From the NCBI GenBank assembly GCA_964106915.2, contig OZ066918.1: 64,000 bases of DNA; one strand, 5' to 3'. The notes under the pieces were generated by a model. The model saw only the letters and a program-made list of their open reading frames with translations, searched no databases and had not been told where the DNA came from. This DNA comes from Podarcis gaigeae (taxonomy: Eukaryota). Below, piece by piece: positions 62,710 to 64,000 of this stretch (position 1 is the first letter of the stretch; every line of letters starts with the position of its first letter). The translations under genes and the position numbers were made by a program.

Positions 62710-64000
62710 TTTGCCAAGGCACTTCAGATACAACTGAAGAATAAGGCTGCCTGCAGCATAAAACTACTGAGAGTTTATTAGCGAATTTGGGCTCAGATGA
62801 GATGGGGCATTTACGTGTTCCATCAACATAATAATGAAAAGCATGTTAACATGAGATGTACTGTTATAAATGGGTCACTTTGTTGTTAGCGTGTATACAT
62901 TTGACTCTGCCTAGAAATGTAAAAGACCTATTGATACCTTTTGCATTTTGGTTCTAGTATTAAAATATTTCCCCCTCTATTCAGGTCTGTGTGTGTCTCT
63001 GTGTGTGTATCTACCAAGTGAGGAAGTGGGCCTTAGTACCTGAAAGCTTAGGCCATGATAATTTTTTAGGCTGCAGAGTGCCACAGGATTCTGTTGGTTC
63101 TGCTGCAGCAGACTAATATGGCTACCTGTCTTGATAACTGGGAAATAGAACAGGATGACCCCTGCAGGACATCACAGGAAAGGTATCAGTGAATAGATGA
63201 GCAGCTTCCCATCAGCATTCCAGAGACCTTGCAGGACTAAGTGGAATCACTCAAGAGTGGTCTCACAACTTCCCATTAGGTTATATAGTCATCATGTCAC
63301 AAACACTTCATGATCAATACTTGTAAAAGACCACAAATTAATGGAATAAAAGAGTGCCTGTCAAGCTGCAAGAATTTATGACCAAATGCCAATCAGTGCT
63401 GTCTCAGTCCCATGCTCAGAACAATAGTCACAGACTGGAGGCTATCTGAAGGCAAGGTTTCTATGCGCAGCTAAGGTTTTGTCAACAGCCATATTTGTAC
63501 ATTCTTCCCGGAATAATTAACAGTCGCTGATGAACCTCTCAGTGCTACCAGCTAGGCTGCTCAGGAAGAGAATTTAATGGCAGGCAGGGGGCTACCCACC
63601 ACCAGTAAGTGAGTGAGAGGACCTCCTCCCTGCAGTGATAGATGGCGATTTAAAAACATTCCCTTATTTGGTGCACGATGGTCAGCCCTTTCTTAAAAAT
63701 TGATAATTTCTGGGCATGCCTTCATAAGGTGACATCAGGCTGCTGAAATAGAGGTGGCCCTGAAACAGCTGTACAAACTTGATTGACTCTGCAGATTAAA
63801 ATTATGTTTTATGCCAGCCCTCATTCTGTATGCATGAACCCAAAACCAGCACACTTCCCATTATGCATGAAGGACACCACTTTTACACACACACTCCTTA
63901 TTCATCTGCTCATGAAGTTAAGAGAAGAGAGGGAACAAAAATCATGTGGTCTAGGTGCTAGGCAACTAGCTGAGATATTTTTCTCCCTTCCTCCTTGCCT

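Noticed and set aside
16510-63671. CArG boxes at 16510, 41020, 49840 and 63662 as smooth-muscle SRF sites
   Set aside because: About this many are expected by chance in 64 kb at this base composition, and they are not clustered.

Overview
Vertebrate (squamate, probably lacertid-type lizard) genomic DNA lying inside the heparanase-2 gene (HPSE2) on the minus strand. Three coding exons are present with canonical AG/GT sites and a continuous frame: exon 3 (62078-61917, 162 nt), exon 4 (4422-4249, 174 nt) and exon 5 (3399-3228, 172 nt). Exon numbers are recalled from human HPSE2. A 57.5-kb intron (4423-61916) fills most of the window. It carries CR1, L2 and L1-like LINE relics, Gypsy relics, Sauria and Squam3-like SINEs, Tc1/mariner- and hAT-type MITEs (several with intact TSDs), microsatellites and small tandem duplications. 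Almost all ORF-track entries are chance ORFs or TE fragments. The most notable observations are: (1) a young CR1 whose endonuclease-coding 5' part is inverted against its RT/3' part, the geometry of twin-priming 5' inversion; (2) a perfect 36-bp duplication just upstream of the exon-5 acceptor, at the intron that splits the conserved Glu codon of WELGNEP; (3) a hAT MITE carrying TTAGGG repeats; (4) an intronic CpG/CCAAT promoter-like element; (5) two Sauria SINEs inserted at the same CATAATTA motif. No nested gene, RNA gene or wholly new system could be demonstrated from sequence alone.
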